Shown: in pieces, positions 1-9,678 of the stretch
Numbering within the stretch: the stretch's first letter is position 1
Layout: every line of letters begins with the position of its first letter
Source of the DNA: a bacterium
GTDB lineage: Bacteria > Elusimicrobiota > Elusimicrobia > UBA1565 > UBA9628
Reading direction: 5' to 3'
Assembly: GCA_021783355.1 (NCBI GenBank)
Contig: JAJXTZ010000003.1
Coordinates: 1-41,018 of the forward strand
DNA: 41,018 nt
Program-made: the position numbers and the translations under genes
The notes under the pieces: model-generated
What the model saw: only the letters and a program-made list of their open reading frames with translations
What the model was told of the DNA's origin: nothing
The model's database searches: none

Positions 1-1052
1 CCGGGCTCGCCCAGCGAGCGGCGGACCGCCAGCAGGTCGGCGCGCGTGCGCGCGGCGTAGTCCGCGTCGTCCAGGAAACGCGCGGCCTCCGCGGCGGCTC
101 GCGCGGGCGTGGCCTCGCGCTGGATGAGTTCGGGCACGACGCCGCGGCCGGCCAGCAGGTTGGCCATCGCGATGTGGCGGACGCGGATCAGCGCGCGCGC
201 GATCGCGTAAGTGGGCCAGGAGAGGCGGTAGACCACCACCATCGGCACGCCCAGCAGCGCGTTCTCGAGCGTCGCCGTGCCCGACGAGCACAGCGCGACG
301 TCAAGCCGCCGTCGGAGGGCGTAATCGGACTCCCGCACGAGCTCCACGCCCTCCGGCGGCCGCCCGTACGCGGCGTCCTCCTGGCCCGATGCGGCGAACA
401 GGAAGCCTCTCGCCCCCGGATGGGTCTTGCGCAGGCGCTCGAACGCGGCGTAGAAGACGGGCAAGTGCCGCCTCAACTCCGAGGCGCGGCTCCCCGGCAG
501 GAGGCCGATCATCGGCGGCCGGCCCGGGGCCTTGGCGGCCGCGGGGGCCGGGATCAGGTCCAGCAGCGGGTGGCCGACGAACTCGACCGGCACCCCGGCC
601 TTCTCGTAGAGGTCTTTCTCGAACGGGAAGATGACCAGCATCTTGCGCACCAGGCGCTTGAGCACCTTCACGCGGCCCGGCCGGCTGGCCCAGACCTGCG
701 GGCTGACGAAGTAGAAGGCCGGGACGCCGGCGTCCTGGGCCAAGGAGAGCACGCGGCGGTTGAAGCCGTAGTAGTCCACGCAGACCAAGGCGTCCGGGCG
801 GCGTTCGGCCAGGAAGGCCTTCAGGCGGCGGCGCAGGTCCAGCAGGAGCGGGACCTTCAGCGCGGGCTCCAGAAAGCCGGTCACGCCGCGCGAGGCCAGG
901 TCTTCCAGGAACTCGTCGGCGACGGCGCGGCACAGAGGGCCGCCGACCGCGGCCGCGCGGGCCGAAGGGTCGCGGCGCTTGAGCGCCCGGATGAGGTTCG
1001 CGGCGTGGAGGTCCCCCGAGGGATCTCCGGCCACGACCAGCACGGTGGTCAA
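1..1052 (-). CDS. lpxB: Lipid-A-disaccharide synthase (3' end runs off the window)
   Basis: Translated by hand; not in the ORF track. TTG at 1052 overlaps the upstream stop (TTGA). N-terminus MTTVLVVAGDPSGDLHAANL, with LpxB motifs VDYYGFN, YFVSPQVWASR, LVIFPFE, FVGHPL, LLPGSR, SSGTATLE. Last visible gene of the lpx operon. Confidence 0.93.
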   Translation of the reverse strand, partial: MTTVLVVAGDPSGDLHAANLIRALKRRDPSARAAAVGGPLCRAVADEFLEDLASRGVTGFLEPALKVPLLLDLRRRLKAFLAERRPDALVCVDYYGFNRRVLSLAQDAGVPAFYFVSPQVWASRPGRVKVLKRLVRKMLVIFPFEKDLYEKAGVPVEFVGHPLLDLIPAPAAAKAPGRPPMIGLLPGSRASELRRHLPVFYAAFERLRKTHPGARGFLFAASGQEDAAYGRPPEGVELVRESDYALRRRLDVALCSSGTATLENALLGVPMVVVYRLSWPTYAIARALIRVRHIAMANLLAGRGVVPELIQREATPARAAAEAARFLDDADYAARTRADLLAVRRSLGEP

Positions 1053-2092
1053 CTTCGCAGGATGTCCTTGCCGACGGATTTGGCGAGCTTGCCCAGATCC
1101 TGGGCCCAGCTCGGCACCAGCGACCGGGAACCCGAGTGGCCGGAGAGCTGGTAGCGCTCCAATTCCTCGGAAATCTGCAGGGCCAGCTTCAACGCCTCGA
1201 CGCCGCGCTCGCCGCTGGGCCAGGGCTTGCGGTTGTGCCGGATGCAGTCCAGGAAGTGGGTCTGCTCGTTGCGCAGCGGATCCACGGTGGTCAGCTTCGG
1301 CGTCAGGATCTCCACGTCCTTGAGGCTCTTGATGACCGCGGTCTTCTTGCGGTAGACCTTGAGCGCGGTCCCGCCGTAGTCGAGGGAGACGTAGGAGTCC
1401 TTTTGGAACGCGCGCAGCTTGCGGCTCTTTCCCAGCGAGATGCGGCTGGCGGTCAGGTCGGCGATGCAGCCCGTCTTGAAGCGCACGCGCACGTTGGCGA
1501 TGTCCTCGTGGGAGCTGAGCAGGTGCGCGCCGAGCGCCTCCAGGCTCTCGACCTCCGAGCCCACCAGCGTCAGCAGGATGTCGAGGTCGTGGATCATCAG
1601 GTCGAGGACCACGCCGATGTGGCTCATGCGCGGGTCGTAGGGGCCGAGGCGCTCGACGGTGATGTAGCGCGGGTCGCGGATGTGGCGGACGGCCTCCAGG
1701 ACCGCCGGGTTGAAGCGCTCGATGTGGCCGACCTGCAGGACGAGCTTCTTCGCCTCGGAGAGGGCCAGGAGATCGCGCGCCTCCTCCACGGAGGAGGCCA
1801 GCGGCTTCTCGATGAGGACGTGCGCGCCGGCCTCCAGGGCGGCCCGGCCGACCTCGTGGTGCAGCGGGGTGGGGACCGCGACGATCACCGCGTCCACGCG
1901 GCCCAGCACGTCCTTGTAGTCGCGGACCGCCACGGTGTTGGACTGCCAGGCCGCGAGCTGGGCCTTCCAGACGTTCGTGTCGCAGACCCCGACCAGGTCT
2001 ACCTCGGGCGTCTTGCCCAGGAGCTTGGCGTGGTAGGTGCCCATCTTGCCGGCGCCGACGACGGCGACGCGGAGTTTCGAGGAGTCGGTCAT
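1049..2092 (-). CDS. Gfo/Idh/MocA NAD-dependent oxidoreductase, GnnA-like (putative UDP-GlcNAc 3-dehydrogenase)
   Basis: Motifs VVGAGKMG, HVLIEKP, QVGHIERFNPA, DLMIHDLD, TASRIS. Its position between lpxI and lpxB matches gnnA-type genes. Confidence 0.85.
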   Translation of the reverse strand: MTDSSKLRVAVVGAGKMGTYHAKLLGKTPEVDLVGVCDTNVWKAQLAAWQSNTVAVRDYKDVLGRVDAVIVAVPTPLHHEVGRAALEAGAHVLIEKPLASSVEEARDLLALSEAKKLVLQVGHIERFNPAVLEAVRHIRDPRYITVERLGPYDPRMSHIGVVLDLMIHDLDILLTLVGSEVESLEALGAHLLSSHEDIANVRVRFKTGCIADLTASRISLGKSRKLRAFQKDSYVSLDYGGTALKVYRKKTAVIKSLKDVEILTPKLTTVDPLRNEQTHFLDCIRHNRKPWPSGERGVEALKLALQISEELERYQLSGHSGSRSLVPSWAQDLGKLAKSVGKDILRS

Positions 2093-2925
2093 GGCGGGGG
2101 TCCCTCCGGGGGGAAGCCGGCGACGGCGAGGCCGGCCGCGTCGGCCTCGGCGGCGAAGCGTTCGCGGTCGAACACGAGAGTGGCGCCGGCCTCGAGGGCC
2201 AGGGCCTTGACGCCCGCGGCCTTGAAGCGAGCGAGCGAGTCCAGCCCGACGACGGGCAGGTCGAAGCGAAAATCCTGGCGCGGCTTGGCGACCTTCACGA
2301 CGACGAGCGCGGGCGCGCGGCCGTTGGCGCGGGCGAGCTCCGAGGCGCGGGCGACGCAGGCGTCGGTGCCCTCCATGCCTTCGACGGCGACGACCGCCCC
2401 GTCCTGGGCCACGACGGTCTGGCCGATGTCGAAGCCGGCCACGGCCTTGGCCGCCCGCCAGCCCAGCGCGGCGTCGGCGAGCTGGTCCTTGGCGAAGGCG
2501 CGCGCGGTGAGCGCGCCGATGGGGGCGAGCAGGTGCTCCAGGTAGAGCGCCGAGGAGACGAACTCCAGGCCGTCCTTGGCGAACTCGTCGACGACGGCCT
2601 TCAGGATCGTGTCGGTGCGCTTGTCCTTCAGCGTCAACAGGAGCTTTGCCGCGCGCCAGTCGGGCAGGACCCCTCCGAAGAGCGACACGTGCTGGACCTT
2701 GCCGGCCATCACGACCTTGCGCACGCCGGCGTCCTTGAGGGCTCTGATCGGCGCGTCGATCTGGCCCAGCTTGAACCAGCTCAGGCCTCCGGCGACGGAT
2801 TCGAGCGCCGGATCCGTCACGCCCGGGATGCCGAGCGCCACGACGGGCACGCCCCGGCGCCGCGCCTCCTCCGCCACGAGGATCGGGAAGCGCCCCGAGC
2901 CCGCGACGAGGCCGAGCGGCTCCAT
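2089..2925 (-). CDS. lpxI: UDP-2,3-diacylglucosamine pyrophosphatase LpxI
   Basis: Start taken at MEPLGLVAGSGRFP (2925) rather than 3510, which lies inside lpxA. Motifs VMAGKV, DIGQTVV, VEGMEGTD, VKVAKPRQDFRFDLPVVG. Confidence 0.92.
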   Translation of the reverse strand: MEPLGLVAGSGRFPILVAEEARRRGVPVVALGIPGVTDPALESVAGGLSWFKLGQIDAPIRALKDAGVRKVVMAGKVQHVSLFGGVLPDWRAAKLLLTLKDKRTDTILKAVVDEFAKDGLEFVSSALYLEHLLAPIGALTARAFAKDQLADAALGWRAAKAVAGFDIGQTVVAQDGAVVAVEGMEGTDACVARASELARANGRAPALVVVKVAKPRQDFRFDLPVVGLDSLARFKAAGVKALALEAGATLVFDRERFAAEADAAGLAVAGFPPEGPPP

Positions 2926-2948
2926 CAGAGGGTCGTCCGCATGCGCCG

Positions 2949-3758
2949 CTAGACCGAGGCTTCCTCGAGCTGGGACGCGCCGGCGGCCGGCCGCATCACG
3001 CCGCGCTTGCCCGCGGTCTCGATGAACCCGATCCACTCGGACACCTCGGCGCAGGGCGACGAGGACTTCAGTCGCGCGAGGGCGTCCTGCATGGCCATCC
3101 CGGAGAGGAACAGGGTCTTGTAGGCGTCCTTGACGGCGGACACGGCATCGCGCGAGAAGCCGCCGCGGCGCATCCCGAGGAGGTTCAGGCCGCGCAGGAC
3201 CGCGCGGTCGCCCTGGCAGGTGCCGAAGGGCAGGACGTCCTGGCCGACCATCGAGCCGCCGCCGAGCATCGCGTAGCGCCCGATGCGCACGTACTGGTGG
3301 ACGGCGGCCAGGCCGCCCAGGACAGCGTACGCGCCGACGTGGACGTGGCCGGCGAGGGCCACGGAGTTGACCAGGATCGCGCCGTCGCCGACCTCGCAGT
3401 CGTGGGCGACGTGCGAGTACGCCATGAATAGGCAGCCCGAGCCGATCTTGGTCAGGCCCCCGCCCTGGGCGGTGCCGCGGTTCATCGTCACGCACTCGCG
3501 GACCACGCACTTGTCGCCCATCACCAGGCGGGTCTTCTCGCCCGCGTACTTCAAGTCCTGCGGAGCGGTGCCGACGAAGCAGCCCGGGTGGAGGATGACG
3601 TCGGCGCCGAGCGTCGCGTGCTCGACGACGGCGTGCGCGCCCACCTTGGTGCGCGCTCCGATCACGGCCTCCGGTCCGACGATCGCGCCGGGCCCGATCT
3701 CGGCGGACGGGTCGATTCGGGCGGTCTTGTCGACGACGGCGGTTGGATGGATGGCCAT
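2949..3758 (-). CDS. lpxA: Acyl-ACP--UDP-N-acetylglucosamine O-acyltransferase
   Basis: IHPTAVV start, hexapeptide repeats, PQDLKY, RECVTMNRGT, MAYSHVAHDC, VHQYVRIG, GLNLLGMRR. Confidence 0.96.
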   Translation of the reverse strand: MAIHPTAVVDKTARIDPSAEIGPGAIVGPEAVIGARTKVGAHAVVEHATLGADVILHPGCFVGTAPQDLKYAGEKTRLVMGDKCVVRECVTMNRGTAQGGGLTKIGSGCLFMAYSHVAHDCEVGDGAILVNSVALAGHVHVGAYAVLGGLAAVHQYVRIGRYAMLGGGSMVGQDVLPFGTCQGDRAVLRGLNLLGMRRGGFSRDAVSAVKDAYKTLFLSGMAMQDALARLKSSSPCAEVSEWIGFIETAGKRGVMRPAAGASQLEEASV

Positions 3759-3762
3759 GGGG

Positions 3763-4251
3763 TCAGCTCTGGACCTTGTCCACCAGCGCGAAGGTCATCG
3801 TGGCCTCGGCGGCGAGCTTGCCGTCCACATACGCTTCGCCGCGGAACTTGCCGGCGCGGCCCAGGCGCAGGATCTCGATGTGGTGCTTAAGCACGCAGCC
3901 GGGCAGGACGGGGCTTCGGAACTTGGCCTCGTCGATGCCCATGAAGAAGGCGACCTTGCCCTCGATGCCGCCCTTGGAGAGCAGCATCGCGCAGGCGGTC
4001 TGCGCCATCGACTCCACGATCAGCACGCCCGGCATCACCGGCTGGCCGGGGAAGTGGCCCTCGAAGAAGTGCTCGTTGGCGGTCACCATCTTGGTGCCGA
4101 CGCAGTACTTGTCCTCCTGGATCACGTCGATCTTGTCGACGAGCAGGAACGGGTAGCGGTGCGGGATTGCCTTCTTGACGCCGGCTGTGTCCAGCGAGCG
4201 GACGGGGGCGGCGGCGAACGGATTCGTGGTCGCGGTGGTGTCGGTGCTCAT
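3763..4251 (-). CDS. fabZ: 3-hydroxyacyl-ACP dehydratase FabZ
   Basis: IPHRYPFLLVD, FFEGHFPGQPVMPGVLIVESMAQ, KFRSPVLPG. Confidence 0.96.
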   Translation of the reverse strand: MSTDTTATTNPFAAAPVRSLDTAGVKKAIPHRYPFLLVDKIDVIQEDKYCVGTKMVTANEHFFEGHFPGQPVMPGVLIVESMAQTACAMLLSKGGIEGKVAFFMGIDEAKFRSPVLPGCVLKHHIEILRLGRAGKFRGEAYVDGKLAAEATMTFALVDKVQS

Positions 4252-5138
4252 TTCGCCTCCAGGATTCGGGTTTTGGACTTGCGCAGCTTCTTGGCGGCCT
4301 CGTCGAGGCGCTTGGCGAACTCGACGTTGTGCGCGTGGCCGAGGCGCTCGGCCTCGATGCGCATCTTGAAGAGCGGGCGGCCGATCAGCGTCAGGTCGCC
4401 GATCAGATCCAGCATCTTATGGCGGACGAATTCGTCGGCGTAGCGCAGGCCCTCGGAGTTCGTGTGGAAGGTGTCCTTGCCGATCACGATCGCGTTGTCG
4501 AGGGAGCCGCCCTGCGCGAGGCCCTGTGACTTCAAGTAGGCGACCTCGTGCTCGAAGCAGAAGGTGCGGGCGCGGGCCACCTCGGCCAGGTAGCTCTCTC
4601 GGTCGACCGTCATTGACAGCGACATCTTCGGCATCATCGGGTGATCGTGGATCAGGGTCGCGACGATCTCGAACTTGTCGGATGGGACCGCGCGGTAGCG
4701 AGCGCCGTCCTTGGCTTCGTAGGCCACCTCGTGCGGCAGGTGCAGCCAGCGCTTCGGCGCGTCCAGGTCGGTCAGGCCCGCGCGCAGCAGGGCCTCCACG
4801 AACGGCAGCGCCGAGCCGTCCATGATCGGGGGCTCGTTGGCGGAGACGAGCACGTCCAGGTTGTCGATCCCGAGGCCGGTGCAGGCGGAGAGCACGTGCT
4901 CGACGGTGTGGACCTTGGCGTCGCCGAGGCCCAGGTTCGTCCCGCGCACGGTGGTCACGACGAAGCCGAGGCGGGCCGGGATCATAGGGATGCCGGGCAG
5001 GTCCGAGCGGAAGAAGCGGATGCCGGTGTTGGCCGGGGCGGGGCGGAAGACGAGCGCGGACTTGTTGCCGGTGTGGAGGCCGACGCCGTCGAGAGCGACC
5101 TCCTCCTTGATGGTGGTCTGCAGGGGGTGCTGGTTCAT
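4248..5138 (-). CDS. lpxC: UDP-3-O-acyl-N-acetylglucosamine deacetylase
   Basis: Start MNQHPLQTT (ATG 5138, ATGA overlap with the lpxD stop). Motifs [51 protein letters not shown]. Confidence 0.95.
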   Translation of the reverse strand: MNQHPLQTTIKEEVALDGVGLHTGNKSALVFRPAPANTGIRFFRSDLPGIPMIPARLGFVVTTVRGTNLGLGDAKVHTVEHVLSACTGLGIDNLDVLVSANEPPIMDGSALPFVEALLRAGLTDLDAPKRWLHLPHEVAYEAKDGARYRAVPSDKFEIVATLIHDHPMMPKMSLSMTVDRESYLAEVARARTFCFEHEVAYLKSQGLAQGGSLDNAIVIGKDTFHTNSEGLRYADEFVRHKMLDLIGDLTLIGRPLFKMRIEAERLGHAHNVEFAKRLDEAAKKLRKSKTRILEAK

Positions 5139-6214
5139 CGAGCCTTCTCCTGGGGGGCGGCCTCGCCGCCCGTCCCGAGCTTCTTTTCCAACGCCTTCAG
5201 GCGCTCGACGATCTCCGGGAGCCTCCCGTAGAGCGCCTGCAGCTTGAAGGCCTCGCGGTGAGGGCGGCCGGGAGAACCGAAGAGGGTGGTGCGCGGGGGC
5301 ACGTCGCTCATCACGCCGGTCTGGGCCGTGATGATCGCGCCGTCGCCGATGGTCAGGTGACCGGCGACGCCGGCCTGCCCGGCCAGGATCACGTTGTTGC
5401 CCACGGTCGTGGAGCCGGCGATGCCGGTCTGCGAAACGACGAGGCAGTCGCGGCCGATCTTCGCGTTGTGTCCGAGCTGGACCAGGTTGTCGATCTTGGC
5501 GCCGGGCCCGATCACCGTGGAGCCGAGGGTCGCGCGGTCGATGGTCACGTTGGCGCCGATCTCGACGTCGTCGTTGATCACCACGTTGCCGATCTGGGGG
5601 ATCTTCGTGTGGCGGCCCGTCTTGCGGTCGGTGGTGAAGCCGAACCCGTCGGAGCCGATCACCGTGCCGGAGTGGACGATCGCGCGGGCGCCGAGCACGC
5701 ACTCCTCGCGCACGACGACCTGTGGGTAGAGGAGCGCGTCGCGCCCGATCTTGGCGCCGCGGCCGACATAGACCTGGGGCAGCAGGGTCGCGCCGTCTCC
5801 GATCTCCGCTCCAGCCTCGACGACGCAGAAGTCGCCGACGCGCACGCCCTTGCCGAGGCGCGCTCCAGGGTGGACGGAGGCCTTCGCGCTGATCCCCGCG
5901 GGGATCTCGGCGCGCTGGGCGGCGTCCACCAGGCCCAGCAGGACCGCGAAGGCGGCCTGGGGGTCCGCCACGACGACTTTGGCCTTGGCCGCGCACGGGG
6001 CGTCGGCCGCCTGGGGCGGGACCAGCAGGCAGCCCGCGGGGACCTGCGCGGCGGCGGCCGCGTACTTCATGTTGTGCAGGGAGGCGGCGTCCTTCGGGCC
6101 GGCCCCGGCGACCTCGCTGACGGCCTCGATCACGAGGCTCTTGTCGCCGACGACGCGGCCGCCCACCAGCGCGGCGATCTCGGCGACGGTCTTGGGCTCG
6201 GGAAGCGGCATCAT
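5135..6214 (-). CDS. lpxD: UDP-3-O-(3-hydroxyacyl)glucosamine N-acyltransferase
   Basis: Hexapeptide repeats, [43 protein letters not shown]. Confidence 0.95.
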   Translation of the reverse strand: MMPLPEPKTVAEIAALVGGRVVGDKSLVIEAVSEVAGAGPKDAASLHNMKYAAAAAQVPAGCLLVPPQAADAPCAAKAKVVVADPQAAFAVLLGLVDAAQRAEIPAGISAKASVHPGARLGKGVRVGDFCVVEAGAEIGDGATLLPQVYVGRGAKIGRDALLYPQVVVREECVLGARAIVHSGTVIGSDGFGFTTDRKTGRHTKIPQIGNVVINDDVEIGANVTIDRATLGSTVIGPGAKIDNLVQLGHNAKIGRDCLVVSQTGIAGSTTVGNNVILAGQAGVAGHLTIGDGAIITAQTGVMSDVPPRTTLFGSPGRPHREAFKLQALYGRLPEIVERLKALEKKLGTGGEAAPQEKAR

Positions 6215-7086
6215 GGCGCGGGGCTCCGTTCCAGTTCGGCGAGGACCTTGTCGGTCAGGTCCATCGCGGGATGTCCGTAGAGCAGAGACGATTTGTCGAT
6301 GACGACGCTGACGCCCTCGCGCTTGGCGACCGCGCCGATGGCGCGGTAAAGGCGGGCGAGGACGCGGTCGGTCTTGCGTCCCTCGGCGGCGAGGAGATCC
6401 TTGTCGGCGCCGTCGTGGACCTGCGAGAGCTCGGTCTCCTTGGAGGCGATCTCCGCCTGCAGGGCCAGGATCTTGGCGTCGAGCGCGAGGAGCTGGTCGG
6501 CTTTGCCCTTCGGGGGGGCGGAGGCCGCGGGCGACGCGGCCGCGGCGCTGGAGACGGCGACGGGCGCCGCGGCGGCGGGCGCCGTCGCGCTGGACGCGGA
6601 CGGGGGCGCCATCGGCGCGGAGACGTCCGGGGTCATCCCCGGGAGGGCGAGGGCGCCGGTGGAGAGCGCGAGGGCGGGCGCGGAGGAGGCGGCGACGGCG
6701 TCGGGCGCGGCGGGCGTGGAGACGGACACATCTGCGGGAGCGGGCGCGGCGGCGGTGGAGGCGGCGATGGGAGCCGGAGCGGCCGGGACGGCCGGGGTCT
6801 CCGGGGCCGCGGCCAGGGCCGCGCGCTCGGCGCGGGAGGCGTCCAGCTCGCGCCCGAGTTTCAAGAGCTCGGCCTTGCGCAGGTTGACGCGCTCCTCGGC
6901 CTGGCGGATCAAGTCTTGAAAGCCCTCCTTGGCCTTCTGGGCGTCGGGACTGGAGTCGAAGAGGCGCTGCATGTCCACGAAGCCGACGCTGCCGCTCTCG
7001 GCGCGGTTCTCCTCCAGGGAGAGCTCGATGGCGCGCACCGGGGCGGCCAGGAGCAGGACGGCGAAGGCGGCGAGGATCGTTTTCAT
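6211..7086 (-). CDS. skp: OmpH/Skp-family periplasmic chaperone with a long Ala/Pro/Ser/Thr insertion
   Basis: Start MKTILAAF (ATG 7086, TGATG overlap with bamA). Signal peptide, [10 protein letters not shown], coiled coil and C-terminal [26 protein letters not shown]. Canonical position between bamA and lpxD. Confidence 0.85.
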   Translation of the reverse strand: MKTILAAFAVLLLAAPVRAIELSLEENRAESGSVGFVDMQRLFDSSPDAQKAKEGFQDLIRQAEERVNLRKAELLKLGRELDASRAERAALAAAPETPAVPAAPAPIAASTAAAPAPADVSVSTPAAPDAVAASSAPALALSTGALALPGMTPDVSAPMAPPSASSATAPAAAAPVAVSSAAAASPAASAPPKGKADQLLALDAKILALQAEIASKETELSQVHDGADKDLLAAEGRKTDRVLARLYRAIGAVAKREGVSVVIDKSSLLYGHPAMDLTDKVLAELERSPAP

Positions 7087-9569
7087 CAGAAGAGAGGACC
7101 GAGGCCGAAGTTGATCTGGTAGAGCTTCTCGCCCGGGCGGTGATTGAGGCCGTAGCCGTAGTCGAGGCGGATGGGGAAGGCGGGCGTCACGAAGCGCAAG
7201 CCCAGGCCGACGTCCGACTTGAGGTCCCGGGTGTCTCCGCCCATGCGCAAGGTCATGTCGCCGGGCGTGTTCCAGGCGCCGCCGATGTCGAAGAACGCGA
7301 CCAGCTTGACGATGCTGCGGTGGTGCTCGCGCGCGAGCGGGGCGCCGAACTCGAGGTTGGCGACATCGTAGATCGTGCCGCCGTTCGGGAAGCCGGCCTC
7401 TCCGGACGGGGAGTAGCCGCGCAGGGAGTCCTGCCCGCCGATGTAGAAGCGGTCCTGGACCGCCACGCTCTTGGAGCGGCCGAACTCGGTGATGTAGCCG
7501 CCGCGGTTGAACATCGACAGCACGAACGGCCACTCGCCCCAGTTGAACATCGTCCAATGGGCCTGGTTCGACACGTATGGCTTGAAGAAGTCGATGTCGC
7601 CCATCAGCGGGCCGCCGGACAGCTGGACCCCGATGGAGTTGCGCGTGCCGTGGGTCGGGTCCCAGATGCTGTCGCGGGTGTCGCGCGCCAGCTCCGCGCC
7701 GAGCAGGGATTGGACGCTGGTCCCGGGCGTCAGCGCGCCCTGGAAGTCGACGTTCGGGTCGATGCCGTCGATGGCGATCTTCTGCAGGGTGTAGGTGAAG
7801 TTCAGCTGGTACTTGTCGTCCTGGAAGCGGGGCCCGACGCGGATGCTGCCGCCGGTCCGGTGCTCGGTGTAGGCGGCCAGGTCGCCCTGGAACGGGTTGA
7901 TGCGGCGGGTGTGGAACGCGTCGAAGCCGAGGCTGATGGGCTTGTCGTCCACCCAGGGGGTGGTCCAGCTCACCGAGTAGTCCTGCACGCGCTTGCCGAA
8001 CGACCACTGCAGGGACACGCGCTGGGCGCGGCCCAGGAAGTTCAGGTGCTGGACGGACAGGGTGCCGATCAGTCCGTCGATGGACGAGTAGGCCGCGCCG
8101 GCGGTCAGCATGCCGGGCTTGCCCTCGGTCACGTCGAAGTCCATGTCCACCTTGTTCGGGTCCTCGGCGGACGGCTGGAGGTCCACGTTGACCTCGTCCA
8201 TGAAGCCCAGGTTCATGATCTTCTCGCGGCTCTTGCGCACGCGCGCGGCCGAGAAGCGCTCGCCGGGCTTGACGATGATCTCGCGCTTGATCACGTAGGT
8301 CTTGGTGGCCTTGTTGCCGTCCACGTCCACGTGGTCCACATAGGAGACCGGGCCCTCGACGATGTCGAAGCGCACGTTCATGCGGTCGGTCTTGGGATCG
8401 AACGACTTCTCGGGGATCACGCGGGCGCGCAGCCGTCCCACGTCGGCGTAGAGCTCTTGGACCGAGCGGATGGTGTCGTCGAACTGGCCCTGGTTGAAGA
8501 CCTTGCCCGGCCGGTAGTCGACCGCGTGGTAGAGCTCGGAGGAGGTCAGGACCAGGTACCCGGAAAAAGTGGTCTCGCCGAACCGGTACGAGCGGCCCTC
8601 GTCGACGCCGAGGGCGATCGAGATCCGGGACTTGTCGGGAGAGAGGGTCACAAGCGGCGTGCTCACGCGCACGTCCAGATAGCCGTTGTTCTTGTACTCG
8701 TCCACGATCTTCTGGACGTCCTCGTCCAGGTCCTTCTGGACGTAGACCTTCTTGTAGCGGTTCTTCATCAGCCCCAGCAGCTTCTTGGGCTTGAAGGCCT
8801 TGACTCCGGAGATCTCGACCAGGGAGATGCGGGACTTGGGGCCTTCCTGGATCTTGAAGGTCAGGTCCGCCTTCGACGCCGCGGTGTCGATCGAGACCGA
8901 GAAGTCCACCGTCGCGTCCAGGAAGCCCCTCTCGCGGTACTTGTCCACCAGCTTCTGGCGCGCCTCGTCGGCCTTGAACTGGTCGTACGGGTCGTATTCC
9001 TTGATGGAGATCGCGTCGGCCAGGACGCCTTTGGAGATGCCCTTCTCGCCCTCGAAGAGGATCTTGCGCAGGATCGGCTTCTCCTTGACCATGAAGGTCA
9101 GGCGCACCTCGCGGTCGGTGCCGGCGGTCTTGAGGAGGCGCTCGGGAACGGGCTTGTCCAGCAGGGTGAGCTCGGCGCCCACGCGCTCGAATTGGCCCAA
9201 GCCGAGCAAGGATTGGATGTCGCGGTCGAGGTCCGGCCGGTCGTAGAGGTCGCCTTTGCGGGCCTTGATCTGTCCCCGGATCGTGGACATGCGCACGTTC
9301 TTGAGGCCTTTGGCGTCGATGTCGCCCAGCACCCAGGGGCGGGGCACGATCCCGGCGGGCAGGCTCTGCGGCGCGGGCGGCGACCAGGGCGCCGTGGACA
9401 GCCCGGGGAGGGCGGCGGGGGCGGAGGACATGGACGGCGCGCCCGCGAAAGCGGAGGTCGAGGCCGCGGGCGGGGCCGCGTCCGGGACCGGCCCCGACGA
9501 GACCGTCTGGGCTGAAGCCGAAGACGCCAAAACCACCGCGGCGAGAGCGCTCATGAGGAGCCTTTTCAC
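7086..9569 (-). CDS. bamA: Outer membrane protein assembly factor BamA
   Basis: Signal peptide, low-complexity linker, five POTRA-like repeats each ending near a V/I-x-E-G/K segment, barrel with [13 protein letters not shown] (VRGF-like motif), C-terminal Phe. Confidence 0.96.
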   Translation of the reverse strand: MKRLLMSALAAVVLASSASAQTVSSGPVPDAAPPAASTSAFAGAPSMSSAPAALPGLSTAPWSPPAPQSLPAGIVPRPWVLGDIDAKGLKNVRMSTIRGQIKARKGDLYDRPDLDRDIQSLLGLGQFERVGAELTLLDKPVPERLLKTAGTDREVRLTFMVKEKPILRKILFEGEKGISKGVLADAISIKEYDPYDQFKADEARQKLVDKYRERGFLDATVDFSVSIDTAASKADLTFKIQEGPKSRISLVEISGVKAFKPKKLLGLMKNRYKKVYVQKDLDEDVQKIVDEYKNNGYLDVRVSTPLVTLSPDKSRISIALGVDEGRSYRFGETTFSGYLVLTSSELYHAVDYRPGKVFNQGQFDDTIRSVQELYADVGRLRARVIPEKSFDPKTDRMNVRFDIVEGPVSYVDHVDVDGNKATKTYVIKREIIVKPGERFSAARVRKSREKIMNLGFMDEVNVDLQPSAEDPNKVDMDFDVTEGKPGMLTAGAAYSSIDGLIGTLSVQHLNFLGRAQRVSLQWSFGKRVQDYSVSWTTPWVDDKPISLGFDAFHTRRINPFQGDLAAYTEHRTGGSIRVGPRFQDDKYQLNFTYTLQKIAIDGIDPNVDFQGALTPGTSVQSLLGAELARDTRDSIWDPTHGTRNSIGVQLSGGPLMGDIDFFKPYVSNQAHWTMFNWGEWPFVLSMFNRGGYITEFGRSKSVAVQDRFYIGGQDSLRGYSPSGEAGFPNGGTIYDVANLEFGAPLAREHHRSIVKLVAFFDIGGAWNTPGDMTLRMGGDTRDLKSDVGLGLRFVTPAFPIRLDYGYGLNHRPGEKLYQINFGLGPLF

Positions 9570-9579
9570 CGGAAGCTGG

Positions 9580-9588
9580 AGTATATCA
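9580..9588 (-). promoter_or_regulatory. Extended -10 promoter (TGaTATACT) for the bamA-lpx operon
   Basis: AT-rich TGnTATACT 10 nt upstream of the bamA GTG in otherwise very GC-rich DNA. No Shine-Dalgarno sequence in between. Confidence 0.6.
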
Positions 9589-9608
9589 AATCGGACGGCG
9601 TCCGAGCG

Positions 9609-9644
9609 GAAAAGAGGAGGGCCCCTTGCGGGGCCCGCCTTTCC
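9609..9644 (-). terminator. Rho-independent terminator downstream of ino1
   Basis: Minus strand reads GGAAAGGC-GGGCCCC-GCAA-GGGGCCC-TCCTCTTTTCC: a GC stem, GNRA loop and pyrimidine/U tail, about 35 nt after the ino1 stop. Confidence 0.75.
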
Positions 9645-9678
9645 TTATAACTTCACTGATGGCGGCGGACGGCCGGAC

